The notes under the pieces are model-generated. The model searched no databases and was not told where the DNA came from. It saw nothing but the letters and a program-made list of their open reading frames with translations. DNA of 64,000 nucleotides from Myxococcota bacterium (GTDB lineage: Bacteria > Myxococcota_A > UBA796 > SXON01): contig JAZKFH010000019.1 in the NCBI GenBank assembly GCA_040386535.1, positions 258,186 to 322,185 on the forward strand, written 5' to 3'. Shown one piece after another: positions 28,979 to 38,762 of the stretch (position 1 is its first letter; each line of letters begins with the position of its first letter). The position numbers and the translations under genes were made by a program.

Positions 28979-30763
28979 CTACCCGACGACGAGGCGGACG
29001 GCGCGCACGGGGCGATCTAGCCCCTTGAGCACGGCGTCGAAGTGTTCGGTCACGCGTGCGGGGCCGAGCCAACCGGCCTGCGCGGCGCGCTCGGCGAGCT
29101 CTTCGGTCACGACGATCTCGCGCTCGTGGGCCGCCCCCTGGAGGCGCGCGGCGAGGTTCACGGTCTGCCCGAAGTAGTCGAGGACGCCGTTCGCGGTGAC
29201 GACGTAGGCCGGCCCCGTGTGGACGCCGACCTTCAGCATGGTGTCGACCCCGTCGGGGCGGAGCGCGCGGAAGTGGTCCCACGCCGCTTGCATGGCGATG
29301 CCCGCGCGGAGCGCCGCGCCCTCGTCCTGGAAGGCGGCCATGACGGCGTCGCCGATGGTCTTGACGACCACGCCGTTCTCCGCCGCGATCTTCTCGCGCA
29401 GGAGCTCGAAGTGATCCTGCACGAGGCGGAAGGCCGGAGCGTCGCCGACACGGCTGTAGAGCGCGGTGGACGCGGACAGATCGCTGAAGAGGAGGGCGAC
29501 GCGCGCGACGCGGAGCTGGCGGCCGGGGCCGAGCACCTCGCCCGAGAAGAGCCGCCGGAACCGTGGGTGCAGGCTCAAGCTGTGCGCGGTGGCGGCCCGG
29601 TTGGCCCACGCCACGTGCTCCAGCTTCACGTGCCGCGCCGTGCCGCCGACCTGCCGGACCACGATCCGGCCGCCCGGCGCGACCCGCGCGCTCGCCGGAG
29701 TCAGCGCATCACCGAGCAACAGGACGATGTCGTCGGCGCCCTCCGCGACCACGGTGATGTCGGCGGTTGCGCCTCCACGAACGAAAACGCGGTACCGACC
29801 CTCGACGGGCGCACGGAACCGGGCCTCGCCGTCCCGCGCGAGGTGCGCCTGGGCAAGGACGTGGGGCGTCGAGGACGGGCCGCCCGTACAGAAGGGGCGC
29901 GGCTCGACCAGGCGCAGCGCGGGCGCGGGCTGGAAGATGGCCTCGACGGACTGATCGAGCGGCAGGTCGAACCGGATGTCGCAAAACGAGCAATGCCCGC
30001 CGTCCTTGAGCTCGTAGAGGTGCTCGACACGGCTTGATCCGGTGCGGCACGAGGGGCAGATGAGATCCCAGTGCATCTGGAGCAGGCCGGCGATGACGGC
30101 CTCCAGGCACACCGCGAGCACCCGGTCCCGGGGCTCGCCCCAACGGTCCGCCAGCTCGTAGGGGCGCAGGTGCATCACCTCGTCATCGGGGGCCCAGGCG
30201 AGCAGCTCCCCGAGGCGGCGGGCGAGCGGCCGCTCGTCGCTGTCGAGGACGGACTCGAGGGTCGTGACCGCGCGGAGGAAGGTCGGGGAGAGCGGGCCGT
30301 GCGAGACCGGGGCGGCCGGCGCGCCGAGGGAGGCGTCGAACGCCCGGGTCGCCTTGACGATCGTGTCCATGCGCCAGCCGCCGACGAGGCGGGTGATGGG
30401 GGCGAGGAGCGCGAGCTTCACGGTGAACGCGAGGCGCCAGATCACGCGGGACCCGCCCCGGAGGCCGGGCAGCACCTCGAGGCCCATGTGCAGGCTCTGC
30501 AGCGCGCCTGCGGTCATGTTGCGCCGCACGAGGAAGCTGTCGGGTGAGCTCCACTCGAAGGGCTCCTCGTCGTACTCGGCGGGGAACCCGTCGAGCTTCG
30601 TCTTGACGTGGAACCGTTCGCTGCCCGCGCCGTCGATGGGGGTCAGCACCAGCGGCGCCATTCCGACGATCCGGTTGAGCCTCGCGGTGTCGGCCAGGAG
30701 GGGCCAGAGCGTCTCGGGGGGAGACGTACAGGCGATCTCCTGCTCGATCTGCACGGTCTTCAT
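28979..30763 (-). CDS. Class III adenylate/guanylate cyclase with N-terminal SRPBCC-like and DUF5939-like domains
   Basis: LFSDL..STALY, VVKTIGDAVMA, DYFGQTVNLAARLQ; CPSC...CSFC in the middle region. Confidence 0.9.
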   Translation of the reverse strand: MKTVQIEQEIACTSPPETLWPLLADTARLNRIVGMAPLVLTPIDGAGSERFHVKTKLDGFPAEYDEEPFEWSSPDSFLVRRNMTAGALQSLHMGLEVLPGLRGGSRVIWRLAFTVKLALLAPITRLVGGWRMDTIVKATRAFDASLGAPAAPVSHGPLSPTFLRAVTTLESVLDSDERPLARRLGELLAWAPDDEVMHLRPYELADRWGEPRDRVLAVCLEAVIAGLLQMHWDLICPSCRTGSSRVEHLYELKDGGHCSFCDIRFDLPLDQSVEAIFQPAPALRLVEPRPFCTGGPSSTPHVLAQAHLARDGEARFRAPVEGRYRVFVRGGATADITVVAEGADDIVLLLGDALTPASARVAPGGRIVVRQVGGTARHVKLEHVAWANRAATAHSLSLHPRFRRLFSGEVLGPGRQLRVARVALLFSDLSASTALYSRVGDAPAFRLVQDHFELLREKIAAENGVVVKTIGDAVMAAFQDEGAALRAGIAMQAAWDHFRALRPDGVDTMLKVGVHTGPAYVVTANGVLDYFGQTVNLAARLQGAAHEREIVVTEELAERAAQAGWLGPARVTEHFDAVLKGLDRPVRAVRLVVG

Positions 30764-30811
30764 CCGCGCACGGTATCAAATTCGCCGGTCGTGTCGCGGA
30801 GCCGCGGAGGG

Positions 30812-31267
30812 CTACCCCTCGATCTTCGCCTCGTCGCACGCCGCCGGGGCGGTCGGATCGAGGTCGTGGCTCTTCAGATAGGCGCCATCGGCGTAGGTCG
30901 CGGGATCGGTGAGGAACAACTTCTCGCAGCTGTCGCAGCAGAAGAAGTACCGGGTGCCGGCGTGGTCGATGTAGGAGACGGCGTCCTCCGGTGCCTTGAT
31001 GGCCATCCCCATCACGGGGCACGCCACCTGGCCGGCGCCGTTGCGGAACGCGGCGGGCACGTCGCCTGCGGCGTGGGCGGAGGCGATGGCGCCCTCCGCG
31101 AGCGGCACGCGGGACCACGCTTCGCCCAACGCGGCGAGGGGCGCCGCCGGGGCCGCCGCTGCCGTGGGGGCGGGAGCCGCTGTCGTGGGGGCCTCTGCCG
31201 TGGGGGCGGGCGCGCTCCCGCAGGCGGCGACGAACGCGAGGACGAGTCCGGAGAGGAGGGTTCGCAT
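30812..31267 (-). CDS. YHS-domain lipoprotein
   Basis: VAAC lipobox; CPVMG...RYFFCCDSC..LF..DP..Y. Confidence 0.8.
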   Translation of the reverse strand: MRTLLSGLVLAFVAACGSAPAPTAEAPTTAAPAPTAAAAPAAPLAALGEAWSRVPLAEGAIASAHAAGDVPAAFRNGAGQVACPVMGMAIKAPEDAVSYIDHAGTRYFFCCDSCEKLFLTDPATYADGAYLKSHDLDPTAPAACDEAKIEG

Positions 31268-31312
31268 TCGTGCTGCTAACCGGGAACCGCCTGGGTCGGC
31301 GTGCCCGTCGGC

Positions 31313-31618
31313 CTACAGGTCGGCCCCGCACCGCCAGCACAGCTCGAAGGCGGGCGGGTTCTCCTCGCCACACTTCGGGCACGTGTGCGGTTCGCCCTCA
31401 CCGGCGGCATCGATCTCGGCCAGCAGCGCGGACGCCGAGAGCAGGTGTTCGGGCCCCACCCACACCTCCACCCGCGCGTCGGCGAAGGGAATCTCTCCCG
31501 CCAACGGCGCGCGCGATTCGCCGCGCACCTCGGACCGGAGCCCGGCGCGCAGCAGCGCGGTGTTGACGAGGTGCGCTTCGGGTAGCGAACGGCAGATGCG
31601 GAGACGGACCCAGGTCAT
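31313..31618 (-). CDS. DUF2007-like protein with C-terminal zinc ribbon
   Basis: EAHLV..AL..AGL..EVRGE; CPKCGEENPPAFELCWRCG. Confidence 0.8.
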   Translation of the reverse strand: MTWVRLRICRSLPEAHLVNTALLRAGLRSEVRGESRAPLAGEIPFADARVEVWVGPEHLLSASALLAEIDAAGEGEPHTCPKCGEENPPAFELCWRCGADL

Positions 31619-31640
31619 GCGGCCGACGGGCTTAACCCGC

Positions 31641-33263
31641 TCAACCAGGAAGGTGGGAGTACGGATCCAGCGTGCGGAGCCGCTCGTCGTCCACCGGCCC
31701 GCCGACGGTGAAGTGGTAGATCGGGGTCCATCCGCTCGGGGCGGCGATGCCGAACGCCTGGCGCGTCGCGTCGTCGAAGAAGCAGCCGATCCCGGTCCCG
31801 CGCAGCTCGTCGCTCTCCGCTTCGAGGTACAGCGCGTGCCCGATGGCGCCCGCCTCCCAGTGGAGCCGCCGGTAGAACCACGCGCCGTGCTCCGCGAGCG
31901 CGCCCGGGACGTCGGCGAGCATCGCGACGGCGAACGCGCCATCCCCCGCGATGGCCTGGCCGCACGAGACGTGCCCCGCGAGGCCGCGGACATCGGTGGG
32001 ATCGAGCAGGTAGAGGGGAACGCCCGGCTCCACCTCCTCCCAGCGGAAGCGTGGCGCGAGGGCGGCTCGGAGCGCGGGGAGCGCCGCGGGATCGCGCACG
32101 AAGGTGTACAGGCCCGGCGCGATGCCCTCTACGCGGTGCACGAACAATCCGAGGTGCACGGCGGGCGCCCAGGGGAGGGGATCGAAGGGCGGGGCCCCAG
32201 GGAGCAGGCGCCGGAGCGTGCGGAGGAAGGCGTCGCGCCCCATCCTCGTGCGGCCGTCCATCTCCACCGCGCTGCGCCGTTGCCGCGCGATCGTGCGCAG
32301 GGTCGCCGGGCGATCCGCGAGCCGTTCCCGTCGCAGAGGTGGCGGTGCCCACGACGTGGGGCCGGGCGCGCCGAGCTTGCGGGTGGCGACCTCGACGGCC
32401 TCCAGGACCGGCCACTCGTGGTGGTCGGACGAGAGGCGGTTGGCTGTCCCGACCCATGTGAGCGTCGGGAGCGTCGGCACGCGGACGTGTCGCCACTGGG
32501 GGAGGGGGAAGGGGTTCTGCGCGGGGTACACGACGAGCAGGCACTCGGGGACCTCGACCTCGGGGCCGGTCGTGCCCGCCGTTCCGAGGAGCTCCGCCAT
32601 GGTGCCGTCCGGCACGCTCTCCAGGAGCCGGACGGTCCATCCGAGCCCGCCCGCGGCCAGCGAGAGGGCGGCGATGGCGTGCCCGACGTCGTGTTGGCAG
32701 TAGCGGAACGCGCGCTCGCCGTACTTCCACGCCTCGCGCCACACGATGGAGGTGAGCCCGACGAGCACGGCGCCGTGGGGCAGATCGGCGGCGAGGCGAC
32801 CCCACGTCTCCGCCGGGAGCGCCGCCCGGCGCTCGAGCCCGTGGAGGAAGGGGTTGTAGTGGTACACGCCGGGCGTCGCGTCGATGTCCGGCACCGGCCC
32901 GCAGACGAGGTACGCCCCCGTCGGGTGGAGGTTGCCGCTCGACGGGTTCACCCGGAGCGACCACCGCGTGTCTCCGGCCTCCTTCCAGGCCGACAGGGCG
33001 AGCGCGTCGAAGAACAGGCGGGAGAGGGACTCCCAGTCGAGGGCCGCGGGGGCGGGGAGCGCGGCGTCACAGACCGCGTCGTAGCGGGGGTCGGCCCCCC
33101 CGGGTGCCCGGTCGAGCAGCACCACCTCGGCGCCGGAATAGCGACGGAACGGGTCGGGCTGGCTGTCCCAGTCGAGGTAGGCGAGGGACCGCGCGTAGGC
33201 ATTCGGCGCGTGGCGGGTGCGCTGGTGGTAACCGAGGGCCGTCGCGAGAGCGTCGGTGGACAT
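31641..33263 (-). CDS. SagB/ThcOx-like tandem nitroreductase-fold protein
   Basis: YHQRT.H, LRVNPSSGNLHPT, WKYGERAFRY...DVGH, RRSA, GIGCFFDD, YHFTVG. Confidence 0.9.
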   Translation of the reverse strand: MSTDALATALGYHQRTRHAPNAYARSLAYLDWDSQPDPFRRYSGAEVVLLDRAPGGADPRYDAVCDAALPAPAALDWESLSRLFFDALALSAWKEAGDTRWSLRVNPSSGNLHPTGAYLVCGPVPDIDATPGVYHYNPFLHGLERRAALPAETWGRLAADLPHGAVLVGLTSIVWREAWKYGERAFRYCQHDVGHAIAALSLAAGGLGWTVRLLESVPDGTMAELLGTAGTTGPEVEVPECLLVVYPAQNPFPLPQWRHVRVPTLPTLTWVGTANRLSSDHHEWPVLEAVEVATRKLGAPGPTSWAPPPLRRERLADRPATLRTIARQRRSAVEMDGRTRMGRDAFLRTLRRLLPGAPPFDPLPWAPAVHLGLFVHRVEGIAPGLYTFVRDPAALPALRAALAPRFRWEEVEPGVPLYLLDPTDVRGLAGHVSCGQAIAGDGAFAVAMLADVPGALAEHGAWFYRRLHWEAGAIGHALYLEAESDELRGTGIGCFFDDATRQAFGIAAPSGWTPIYHFTVGGPVDDERLRTLDPYSHLPG

Positions 33264-33335
33264 GCGGCCAGCGCTATCCCGGCCCCGGGGGAGGGCGGGC
33301 GGTGTATCCTTCGTGTGACGAAACGGATCCGACCG

Positions 33336-35324
33336 ATGCTCCTCTTCCTCTCCCTGCTTGCCTGCTCGGGCAAGGAGCCCGTCGCGGACGGGCCGTGCGC
33401 CAGCTGCGACGACTCGAGCGCGCCCGACACGGACACGGATGACACGGACACCGGTGCCGACACCGACGAGACCGACACCGTCGAGACCGACACCGTCGAG
33501 ACCGACACGGACGAGACGGCGGTGGACGACACGGGGGACACCCTCCCGCCGCTCGTGCCCGCCCGCGTCATCCTCTTCATCGGCGACGGCATGGGTTTTC
33601 CGCACGTGAAGGGCGGGGGGATCTATGCCTACGGCGCCGAAGGTTCGCTGGTGATGGAGACGTTGCCGAACCGGGGCCGTCTGCTCACCGCGTCGCTGAC
33701 CGGCGTGACCGACTCGGCCGCGGGGGCGACGGCGCTCTCCGCCGGGATCAAGACCTGGAACAACGTGGTCGCGATGGACTCCGAGCTTGCACCGGTCACG
33801 ACGGTGCTGGAGGAGGCGCGGGCGCGCGGTCTGGCCGTCGGCGTGGTCACCACCGACACGCTCACCGGCGCCACGCCGTCCTCCTTCTACGCCCACACCG
33901 ACAGCCGCGGGAACACGACCGAGATCGTCGATCAACTCGTTGCCGATCCGCCCGACGTGGTCCTCGGCGGAGGGCTCTCCGTGCTTCGGGTGCCGTTCGA
34001 GGTGGCCGACGTCCAGTTCGTCGAGACCCGAACGGCGCTGGAGGCCGCGACGCCCGACGGGCGGCCGTTCATCGGGCTCTTCGCCAACAACACGCTGCCC
34101 TTCGTGAGCGAGGGCTACGTCGACCAGCCCACGCTCGCGGAGATGACGGCCTTTGCCCTCGACGCGCTGGACGACGACCCCGAAGGGTTCTTCCTCGTCG
34201 TGGAGGGCGCCCGCATCGACCACGCCTCCCACTCGAACGACGAAGACTACGTGCACATCGAGACCGCCGCCCTCGACGAGGCCGTGGCCGTGGCCCTTCG
34301 CTGGGCCGAGGAGCTCGACGCCGAGCCCACCATCGTCGTGACGGCGGACCACGAGTGCGGGGGCCTCGACGTGGTCGGGAGCGGGCCGGCGGGCACGATC
34401 CCCGAGAGTGAGTGGCGGTGGGGCGGCCACACCAACGCGGACATCCCGGTGTTCGGCATGGGGGGTCTCACGACGGTGTTCGACGGGCAACGGCTCGACA
34501 ACACCTGGGTCCACTCCGTGCTGCTCGCCGGGGTGCAGGGGGCCGACACGGTGACGGCGCCGGTCGAGAGCCTGCTGGTCGACGGGCGTACCACCGATCT
34601 GGGAGCCAGCGTCACCACCCAGCTGTGGGAGACCACCTTCGGACCCGGCTTCAACCAGCTCGATTCTCTCCGGTTCACCTCGGACACCGACGGGCTCTGG
34701 ATCGGCGTCGACGGCGTGTTCGAGTACGGCGAGAACGCCGTGTTGCTGCTGGTCGACATGGACTACGGCGCCGGCACCGGCTGGGGCGCGGACGGCACCA
34801 CGCTCGAGGACACCGACGGCCGGGTGGACACGCTCATCACCAGCATGCCCTACACGTCCGGCCTCCCCGGCCTCGGCTTCGACCTCGTGTTCGTCGGCGT
34901 CGGCGCGGAGGAGCTCGGTTTGGGCGATCTGTCCGAGGTCGCGGGCCTCCGCGGGCTGCACGGCGCGTGGGGGAGCGCCGAGGACTACTGGTGGCTCTAC
35001 GGGAGCAGCAACTTCGACGACGGCAACATCGCGAACGGCGCCCCCGCGCTCGACGCCGCCCCGGTGGGGACCACGATCGGCGGGTGGGAGGTGCACCTGC
35101 CCTGGTTCACCATCTTCCCGGACGGCCTCCCCGCGGAGGGGATGACGGTGGCCGTGGTGGCCGTGCTGCTCAACGCGGACGGCTCCGTCGCGAGCAACCA
35201 GGCGCTCCCCCCGTACCCGACCGGAACTCAACCGGGTGACGCCACGGTGTTGTTGGAGTCGGTCGTCCGAATCGACCTCGACGGCTCGGGTGTACCGCTC
35301 GGACCCGCGACCCTGGCGCCGTAG
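33336..35324 (+). CDS. phoA: Alkaline phosphatase lipoprotein with extra C-terminal domain
   Basis: [19 protein letters not shown] (catalytic Ser), [27 protein letters not shown] lipobox. Alternative GTG start at 33315. Confidence 0.88.
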   Translation: MLLFLSLLACSGKEPVADGPCASCDDSSAPDTDTDDTDTGADTDETDTVETDTVETDTDETAVDDTGDTLPPLVPARVILFIGDGMGFPHVKGGGIYAYGAEGSLVMETLPNRGRLLTASLTGVTDSAAGATALSAGIKTWNNVVAMDSELAPVTTVLEEARARGLAVGVVTTDTLTGATPSSFYAHTDSRGNTTEIVDQLVADPPDVVLGGGLSVLRVPFEVADVQFVETRTALEAATPDGRPFIGLFANNTLPFVSEGYVDQPTLAEMTAFALDALDDDPEGFFLVVEGARIDHASHSNDEDYVHIETAALDEAVAVALRWAEELDAEPTIVVTADHECGGLDVVGSGPAGTIPESEWRWGGHTNADIPVFGMGGLTTVFDGQRLDNTWVHSVLLAGVQGADTVTAPVESLLVDGRTTDLGASVTTQLWETTFGPGFNQLDSLRFTSDTDGLWIGVDGVFEYGENAVLLLVDMDYGAGTGWGADGTTLEDTDGRVDTLITSMPYTSGLPGLGFDLVFVGVGAEELGLGDLSEVAGLRGLHGAWGSAEDYWWLYGSSNFDDGNIANGAPALDAAPVGTTIGGWEVHLPWFTIFPDGLPAEGMTVAVVAVLLNADGSVASNQALPPYPTGTQPGDATVLLESVVRIDLDGSGVPLGPATLAP

Positions 35325-35430
35325 GAGGCCTGCCCCGGTCGTCGCCGCGCGGTGGTGTCTCCCGAGCCGCGTCGGTATTGCCGCGCCGCCACGGACGTGT
35401 GACGCTCGGCACCTCCGAGGAAGTGCTCGC

Positions 35431-36375
35431 ATGTATCTGGAGCTCCGGGTGTTCCATGGGAACGCCCACCCCAAGCTGACCTTCGACATCTGCGAAGCGC
35501 TCGGGGAGGTCCCCGGCAGCGCCCGCGTCGGTCGCTTCTCCGACGGCGAGGTGCAGGTCGAGATCGACGACAACGTACGGGGGAGGGACGTGTTCATCGT
35601 TCAGCCCACGTCGTCACCGGCCAACGATCACCTGATGGAGCTCCTGATCATGGCGGACGCGTGCAAGCGCGCCTCCGCCGGTCGGATCACCGCGGTAATC
35701 CCGTACTACGGGTACTCCCGCCAGGACCGCAAGGCGGCGCCGCGCGCCCCCATCACGGCGAAGCTCGTCGCCGACCTGCTGACCTCGGCGGGGATCGCCA
35801 GGGTCCTCACGATGGATCTCCACGCGGGCCAGATCCAGGGCTTCTTCGACATCCCGGTTGACAACCTGTACGCCGGGCCCACTCTCCGCGCGTACATCGC
35901 CGCGGCCCTCCCCACCGAGAACGCAGTGATCGTCTCGCCGGACGCCGGCGGCGTGGAGCGCGCCCGTTCGTACGCGAAGCCGCTCGGGTGTGGCCTCGCG
36001 ATCATCGACAAGCGTCGCAGCGGCCCGAACCAGGCCGAGGCGATGAACCTCATCGGTGACGTGCGCGGCAAGGACGCCATCATCATCGACGACATGATCG
36101 ACACCGCCGGCACCCTCGTGAAGGCCGCCGCTGCGCTCCGGGAGAACGGCGCGAACCGGATCTTCGCCGTCGCGAGCCATGCGGTGTTGTCCGGCCCCGC
36201 GATCGAGCGCATCGAGAACAGCGAGATCGAGAAGGTGATCGTCACCGACACGATTCCCCTGCGCGAGGAGGCCCGGGCCAGCCGCAAGATCGGGGTGGTC
36301 TCGGTGGCCGCCGTCTTTGCCGAGGCGATCAGCTCGATACACTCCCACGATTCGGTCACCCGGCTGTTCCGATAG
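35431..36375 (+). CDS. prs: Ribose-phosphate pyrophosphokinase
   Basis: [44 protein letters not shown]. Confidence 0.98.
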   Translation: MYLELRVFHGNAHPKLTFDICEALGEVPGSARVGRFSDGEVQVEIDDNVRGRDVFIVQPTSSPANDHLMELLIMADACKRASAGRITAVIPYYGYSRQDRKAAPRAPITAKLVADLLTSAGIARVLTMDLHAGQIQGFFDIPVDNLYAGPTLRAYIAAALPTENAVIVSPDAGGVERARSYAKPLGCGLAIIDKRRSGPNQAEAMNLIGDVRGKDAIIIDDMIDTAGTLVKAAAALRENGANRIFAVASHAVLSGPAIERIENSEIEKVIVTDTIPLREEARASRKIGVVSVAAVFAEAISSIHSHDSVTRLFR

Positions 36376-36402
36376 GCCGCGCCGGATTGGCTCCCACAGC
36401 TC

Positions 36403-36431
36403 TTGACGCCGCCGCCCCTCTCGGCTAAGAG
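36403..36431 (+). promoter_or_regulatory. Sigma70-like promoter for the rplY operon
   Basis: TTGACG-17 nt-TAAGAG. Confidence 0.5.
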
Positions 36432-36436
36432 GCGGC

Positions 36437-36592
36437 CGCTCCGGCTAAGTGTACGCTTCGCCGGTCCGCGCACCGGTTCCCCTCGGGGAGCCCTACGTCC
36501 ACGGTGCGAACATCCCTCTCGGGGTGTGGTCCGGCTCTGCCGGGGCGATGGACGTCCTGGCCCCACCCCCCCGGACTGCTCGTCCTGGAGAA
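36437..36592 (+). ncRNA. Candidate structured 5' leader of rplY
   Basis: Several complementary stems: ggttcccc/ggggagcc, acgtcca/tggacgt, acatccc/ggggtgt, ccggc/gccgg. Confidence 0.4.
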
Positions 36593-36596
36593 AATG

Positions 36597-37214
36597 ATGG
36601 AAAACCTCATCCTCAACGCCACGCCGCGCGGCGACACCGGCAAGGGCGTCGCGCGCAAGGCGCGCTCCGCAGGCCGCACCCCCGGGGTCGTCTACCGGGC
36701 CGGTGGCACCGCCACTCCCGTCAGCTTCGACGTGACGGCGCTCGCGACCATCTTCCGCAAGACGGCGGACCCCAACACGCTCATCTCCGTCCAGGTCGAG
36801 GGCTCCGAAGCCCGCCCGTGCCTGGTGCGTGAAGTGCAGCGCAACCCGGTCTCCCGCAACGTGCTCCACGTCGACTTCTACGAAGTGGACGAGGACTACG
36901 TGGTCACGGTCGAGGTGTCGCTCACGGCGGTCGGTCGCGCCGCGGGCACCCGCGCCGGTGGCACCATGCGCCAGCTCATCCGCTCGGTCACCGTGTTGAC
37001 GGCCGCGGGCAACATCCCGAAGACCATCGAGATGGACGTGACGCCGCTCGAGAACGGCTCGTTCCTCAAGGTCTCCGAGATCCCGCTCCCCCCGGGCGTC
37101 AAGATCCTCTACACGCGCGACTTCAATGTCGTCGCGGTCGAGGGCAAGCGCGTGTCGAAGGAAGAGGCAGCTGCCGCCGCCGCTCCCGCCGCTCCCGCCA
37201 AGGGCAAGAAGTAG
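36597..37214 (+). CDS. rplY: 50S ribosomal protein bL25 (Ctc type)
   Basis: GKGVARKAR..G..PGVVY, VQRNPV...LHVDF; GGAG SD; prs-rplY-pth synteny. Confidence 0.96.
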   Translation: MENLILNATPRGDTGKGVARKARSAGRTPGVVYRAGGTATPVSFDVTALATIFRKTADPNTLISVQVEGSEARPCLVREVQRNPVSRNVLHVDFYEVDEDYVVTVEVSLTAVGRAAGTRAGGTMRQLIRSVTVLTAAGNIPKTIEMDVTPLENGSFLKVSEIPLPPGVKILYTRDFNVVAVEGKRVSKEEAAAAAAPAAPAKGKK

Positions 37215-37217
37215 CTG

Positions 37218-37787
37218 ATGCACCTCGTGGTCGGCCTGGGAAACCCCGGCGCGCGCTACGCACGGACCCGACACAACGTCGGATTCCTCGCGGTCGAGCG
37301 CGTCGCGTCCCGAGCCGGTGCAACCGTGGAGAAAAACCTCTACGGCGCACTGGTGGGAGATGGGGCCCTGGCCGGAACGAAGGTGATGTTCGCGCTGCCG
37401 CAGCAGTTCATGAACCTCTCGGGCCAACCGATCGCGTCGATCCTCGGGTTCTACAAGATCCCGCCGAAAGACATGATCGTCGTCCACGACGACATGGATC
37501 TCCCTTTCGGCCGACTCCGCGTTCGCGTGGGGGGAGGCCACGGGGGGCACAACGGCATCCGTGACATGCATCGGCTCGTCGGGACCGAGTTCACGCGCGT
37601 GCGCGTGGGGGTCGGCCGCCCGCCCGAGCAGATGGACCCCGCCGACTGGGTGCTCGCCACCTGGTCATCCGCGGAGAGCGCCGCGCTTTCCCCGATTTTG
37701 GACACCGCCGCAGACGCCGTAGAAAGTGTCGTGCGCGTGGGCGTCACCCAGACAATGAACCTGTTCAACGCGGCTTCGTCCGCGTGA
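37218..37787 (+). CDS. pth: Peptidyl-tRNA hydrolase
   Basis: VGLGNPG..Y..TRHNVGF, FMNLSG, VHDDMD, GGHNG. Confidence 0.98.
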   Translation: MHLVVGLGNPGARYARTRHNVGFLAVERVASRAGATVEKNLYGALVGDGALAGTKVMFALPQQFMNLSGQPIASILGFYKIPPKDMIVVHDDMDLPFGRLRVRVGGGHGGHNGIRDMHRLVGTEFTRVRVGVGRPPEQMDPADWVLATWSSAESAALSPILDTAADAVESVVRVGVTQTMNLFNAASSA

Positions 37788-37788
37788 T

Positions 37789-37844
37789 CCTCCGCGGGAG
37801 CGGCATCGGCCTGCTCCCCCCCACATCGCCCAAGTGGAGGCACC
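37789..37844 (+). promoter_or_regulatory. Candidate rpsF leader with SD-sequestering stem
   Basis: cctccgc (37789-95) pairs with gtggagg (37834-40, containing the SD); inner hairpin gggagcgg/ctgctccc. Confidence 0.5.
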
Positions 37845-38294
37845 TTGATCCTCAACGAATACGAGACCATCTACATCGCCCGCCCCGACCTCACCGAAGA
37901 CGTGATGACCAAGATCACGACCCGCTTCGAGGCGGTCATCACCGGCAACGCCGGCGTCATCCTCGTCAGCGAGGACTGGGGCAAGCGCAAGCTCGCGTAC
38001 ATCATCAGCAAGCACCAGCGCGGCCACTACATCTACCTGAACTACGTCGCGCCCGCGGTGTTGGTCGCCGAGGTCGAGCGTACCCTCGGCCTCGAGGACC
38101 AGCTCCTCCGGTTCCTCACCATCAAGCTCGAGGACAACGTCGAGATCGAGGCCCGTCGCGCCCTCGCCGAGGAGCGCAAGCGCCTCCGGATCGAGCGGAT
38201 GGCCGCGCTCAAGGCGGAAGAGGAAGCCGAGGCTCGTTACCGCGCCGAAGCCGAAGAAGCCGAAGACGAACTCGCCGTCGAAGCCGACGACTAA
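37845..38294 (+). CDS. rpsF: 30S ribosomal protein bS6 with long C-terminal extension
   Basis: TTG start after GGAGG; YETIYI.RPD, WGKRKLAY.I, GHYIY, LLRFL. Confidence 0.95.
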   Translation: MILNEYETIYIARPDLTEDVMTKITTRFEAVITGNAGVILVSEDWGKRKLAYIISKHQRGHYIYLNYVAPAVLVAEVERTLGLEDQLLRFLTIKLEDNVEIEARRALAEERKRLRIERMAALKAEEEAEARYRAEAEEAEDELAVEADD

Positions 38295-38318
38295 CCACCA
38301 GCCGATATCGGAGATCCC

Positions 38319-38762
38319 ATGAAGGTCATTCTTCAGGAAGAAGTCGCGAATCTCGGCACCACCGGTGAGGTGGTCGAGGTTGCCGACGGCTACGGCCGCA
38401 ACTACCTGTTGCCCCGCAGCCTCGCCGTCCTCGCGGACGAGCGCAACACCCGCCGCCTGGATCACCAGCGGCGCATCGCTGCCGCCCGGCAGACCAAGGT
38501 CCTCGCGGCCGCCAAGGAGCTTGCCGCCAAGATCTCTGGCACCGCCGTGTCGATCAAGCGCCAGGCGGGCGCCGAAGACAAGATCTTCGGCTCGGTCACC
38601 AACCAGGACGTGCAGGAGGCCCTCGCGGCCCAGGGCGTCGACGTTGACCGTCGCAACATCTTGCTCGCCGAGCCGATCCGCAACATCGGCGTCTTCCAGG
38701 TGCCCGTCAAGGTGCACCGCGACGTCGAGGCGAGCGTCAAGGTGTACGTCATCCGCGGCTGA
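38319..38762 (+). CDS. rplI: 50S ribosomal protein bL9
   Basis: MKVIL..EV.NLG..G.VV.VADGYGRNYLLP, KIFGSVT. Confidence 0.98.
   Translation: MKVILQEEVANLGTTGEVVEVADGYGRNYLLPRSLAVLADERNTRRLDHQRRIAAARQTKVLAAAKELAAKISGTAVSIKRQAGAEDKIFGSVTNQDVQEALAAQGVDVDRRNILLAEPIRNIGVFQVPVKVHRDVEASVKVYVIRG

Noticed and set aside
31641..33263. RiPP (TOMM) biosynthetic cluster
   Set aside because: No YcaO, precursor peptide or transporter nearby
35325..35430. Possible tRNA-Gln upstream of prs, as in many bacteria
   Set aside because: No cloverleaf or TTC-containing T-loop found
36437..36592. 5S rRNA or tRNA
   Set aside because: Lacks their conserved sequence motifs; kept only as a candidate leader
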